Below, one piece after another: positions 62,153-64,000 of a DNA stretch of 64,000 nucleotides. Source of the stretch: Candidatus Methanoperedenaceae archaeon (GTDB taxonomy: Archaea > Halobacteriota > Methanosarcinia > Methanosarcinales > Methanoperedenaceae); the NCBI GenBank assembly GCA_963753595.1, contig CAVWCX010000003.1:32001-96000 (forward strand), given 5' to 3'. The notes beneath the pieces are model-generated. The model was not told where the DNA came from, searched no databases, and was given only the letters and a program-made list of their open reading frames with translations. The translations under genes were made by a program, and so were the position numbers. Numbering within the stretch: position 1 is the first letter of the stretch; each line of letters opens with the position of its first letter.

Positions 62153-63133
62153 CTAAGCCGCTGGAGACCACTTCTCCAGGAAATTATTTGCTTCCTTATC
62201 TCCGTAAGCCATCATCATTTTTATGAATGCGGGACTGCGATCAAGTTTTGATGCCGTATCAAGATCTTCTTTCAACATTTTTATCTTTTGCACCTTGACA
62301 GGCTTGTATTTTTCAGGCGGCAGGTATTTTGTCCATTTATTGACTTTCTCTATAAAATCAATTTCCTGTTTAAGTGAGATATTTCCCGCAAGCTCATTTC
62401 TCCTGTCCAGGATATCTTTCATTAACTTTGGCAATTTTGTTCTTTCTTCCGGATTTATCTGTATCACCCATATCTCATCAGGCTTTTCTTTTGCATGATG
62501 TCCCTTTATGAATTCCTTGATAGGCGGGTTCTGCGAGAACAGGCCGTCCCAGTAAATCCTGTCTTTAACACTGACAGCTTTCAGGAAAGTCGGGAGTGCT
62601 GCTGATGCAAGGACTGCTTCAACACTGATCTCGTTTTTCTTGCCATTGCTCTTGAATACCTTGAATCCTCCGGATAGCACATCAACAGCGCCAATTAATA
62701 AATTCGGGCTTGAATGCTTTAAATTCTGGATTTCTTCAAATTTCACATGTTTTTTCAAAAGATTTCTCAATATGCCCTGCGCAAAAGGAGGATATGAATA
62801 AGGACTCACCTCAGGAATGCTGACTATCCCCTGCATCCTGTTTATCCCGACGAACCAGTTGTTTACCATCATATCCCAGATAGAACTTGCAGAATTATCT
62901 TCCCAGAAATCATCAAGCAGGCTGATAGCTTTCTCTTTATCTTTCATTAAAAGCCCATACCATGCAAGCAGAGCACAAATTGCGCCGCCTGAAGTGCCGC
63001 TTAATGCTGTTATCTCAAATTTCTTCTCCTTTTCCCGGAGAAGTCTTTTTAACACGCCTGCCGTGAAAGCAGTATGGCTTCCGCCGCCCTGGCATGCAAT
63101 AGCGATTTTTGTGATGTGATTATCTTTGTCCAA
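62153..63133 (-). CDS. Patatin-like phospholipase/esterase
   Basis: QGGGSH, GTSGG, WDG. Confidence 0.9.
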   Translation of the reverse strand: MDKDNHITKIAIACQGGGSHTAFTAGVLKRLLREKEKKFEITALSGTSGGAICALLAWYGLLMKDKEKAISLLDDFWEDNSASSIWDMMVNNWFVGINRMQGIVSIPEVSPYSYPPFAQGILRNLLKKHVKFEEIQNLKHSSPNLLIGAVDVLSGGFKVFKSNGKKNEISVEAVLASAALPTFLKAVSVKDRIYWDGLFSQNPPIKEFIKGHHAKEKPDEIWVIQINPEERTKLPKLMKDILDRRNELAGNISLKQEIDFIEKVNKWTKYLPPEKYKPVKVQKIKMLKEDLDTASKLDRSPAFIKMMMAYGDKEANNFLEKWSPAA

Positions 63134-63278
63134 GATTGATTTAACCCCCTATATTTATTAATATGTAATTCCTGCTTATAATATATTTTGGTATCGTGAC
63201 GGCTAAGTCGTTGCCAAAAACCCAAAAAGTGTTGGTCAAATTTGGGACATAAGATAGATTTTTTATGCCAGGATATAT

Positions 63279-63875
63279 TCATTTTCTCAACTTTAACCAA
63301 TAATTCTTTCGTTGCGCAATCTCGTCCAATACTGAATGAAGAACCTTAGATTTACCTTTAATTTCTAATCCGTTAGAATCCTTCCTTGCTTTAGTCAATG
63401 CAGCTTTCAATTCTTCACTCTCTAAAACTGTTGCTGCAATACAATAATAACTTTTTGAACGCCCTTCATTAAATTCCCGCAACATCTCTTTTAACAAGTA
63501 TTCTCTAATTTTCTGCGTCTTTTCAAACTCATCTACCCCATTCTTTTGGATAAATGCAATATCTTCTTCAAGTTTTTGATAACATTTGAATGAATCGACT
63601 TTTTTCCCGGCTTCTCTATGCTTCTTCCATTTTTCACATGTTTCGTTTTCTTCACAATGCCAGCAAAATTCAATTCCTTTTTTCTTCAAGGCACAAGTGA
63701 TAAAAGGGCAACCAACACATATTCTCGATTCGGTTTTACATCCACCACACTTGCTTGCACCTTCAGCATGGTAATGAGGGCAAAGCCTGCAAGAAAGTCC
63801 ACAAATACCAATTTCAGGGTATTTAATTTTCATTGTTACCCAATTTACCATATTATCACCCAATAATAATCTCAT
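63279..63875 (-). CDS. DUF3795-like Cys-rich protein
   Basis: CGLSCRLC, CGGC, CPFITCA, FCWHC; start uncertain. Confidence 0.8.
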   Translation of the reverse strand: MRLLLGDNMVNWVTMKIKYPEIGICGLSCRLCPHYHAEGASKCGGCKTESRICVGCPFITCALKKKGIEFCWHCEENETCEKWKKHREAGKKVDSFKCYQKLEEDIAFIQKNGVDEFEKTQKIREYLLKEMLREFNEGRSKSYYCIAATVLESEELKAALTKARKDSNGLEIKGKSKVLHSVLDEIAQRKNYWLKLRK

Positions 63876-63929
63876 TGTTTCAAGGGCAGGTTCGGAATTT
63901 CTTATAACGTCTTATGGATGCGCGAGAAA

Positions 63930-64000
63930 CTATTTGATAAACTTCCCTCCGATTAATGCACCAATCACTGCCAGAACTGCTCCAAGCATGACATTGATTA
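63930..64000 (-). CDS. 3' end of a membrane protein running out of the window
   Basis: INVMLGAVLAVIGALIGGKFIK*. Confidence 0.45.
   Translation of the reverse strand, partial: INVMLGAVLAVIGALIGGKFIK

Overview
Archaeal chromosome segment, most consistent with a Methanosarcinales member of the Methanoperedenaceae (ANME-2d). This is inferred from the methanogenesis-marker/AtwA cluster, an HMf-type histone, cdc6, futalosine-pathway mqnC, ccmABC and a PGF-CTERM protein. Layout: (1) 1-2.4 kb, a secreted surface/filament-like subunit plus a membrane-anchored partner; (2) 2.4-11.3 kb, a redox/metal-stress cluster with three iron-sulfur flavoproteins, an AhpD/CMD protein, DsrE, nitroreductase, flavodoxin, three Cys-bearing regulators and unannotated Cys-rich microproteins; (3) about 15-26.2 kb, a visibly AT-richer island between a hicBA remnant and a degenerate IS110, carrying a TauABC-type importer, two UbiA prenyltransferases, a PGF-CTERM protein and a LolCDE-like exporter; the IS110 leader folds like a candidate bridge RNA; (4) 26.4-64 kb, mostly core genes: cdc6, histone, an lsrF/Zn-dehydrogenase unit at the end of the MCR-activation cluster, cofactor genes, an intron-containing tRNA-Arg(CCT), ccmABC and mqnC. 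Many single-base frameshifts, often in homopolymers, occur in the first 28 kb and may be assembly errors. All homology calls are from motif recognition; no searches were run.
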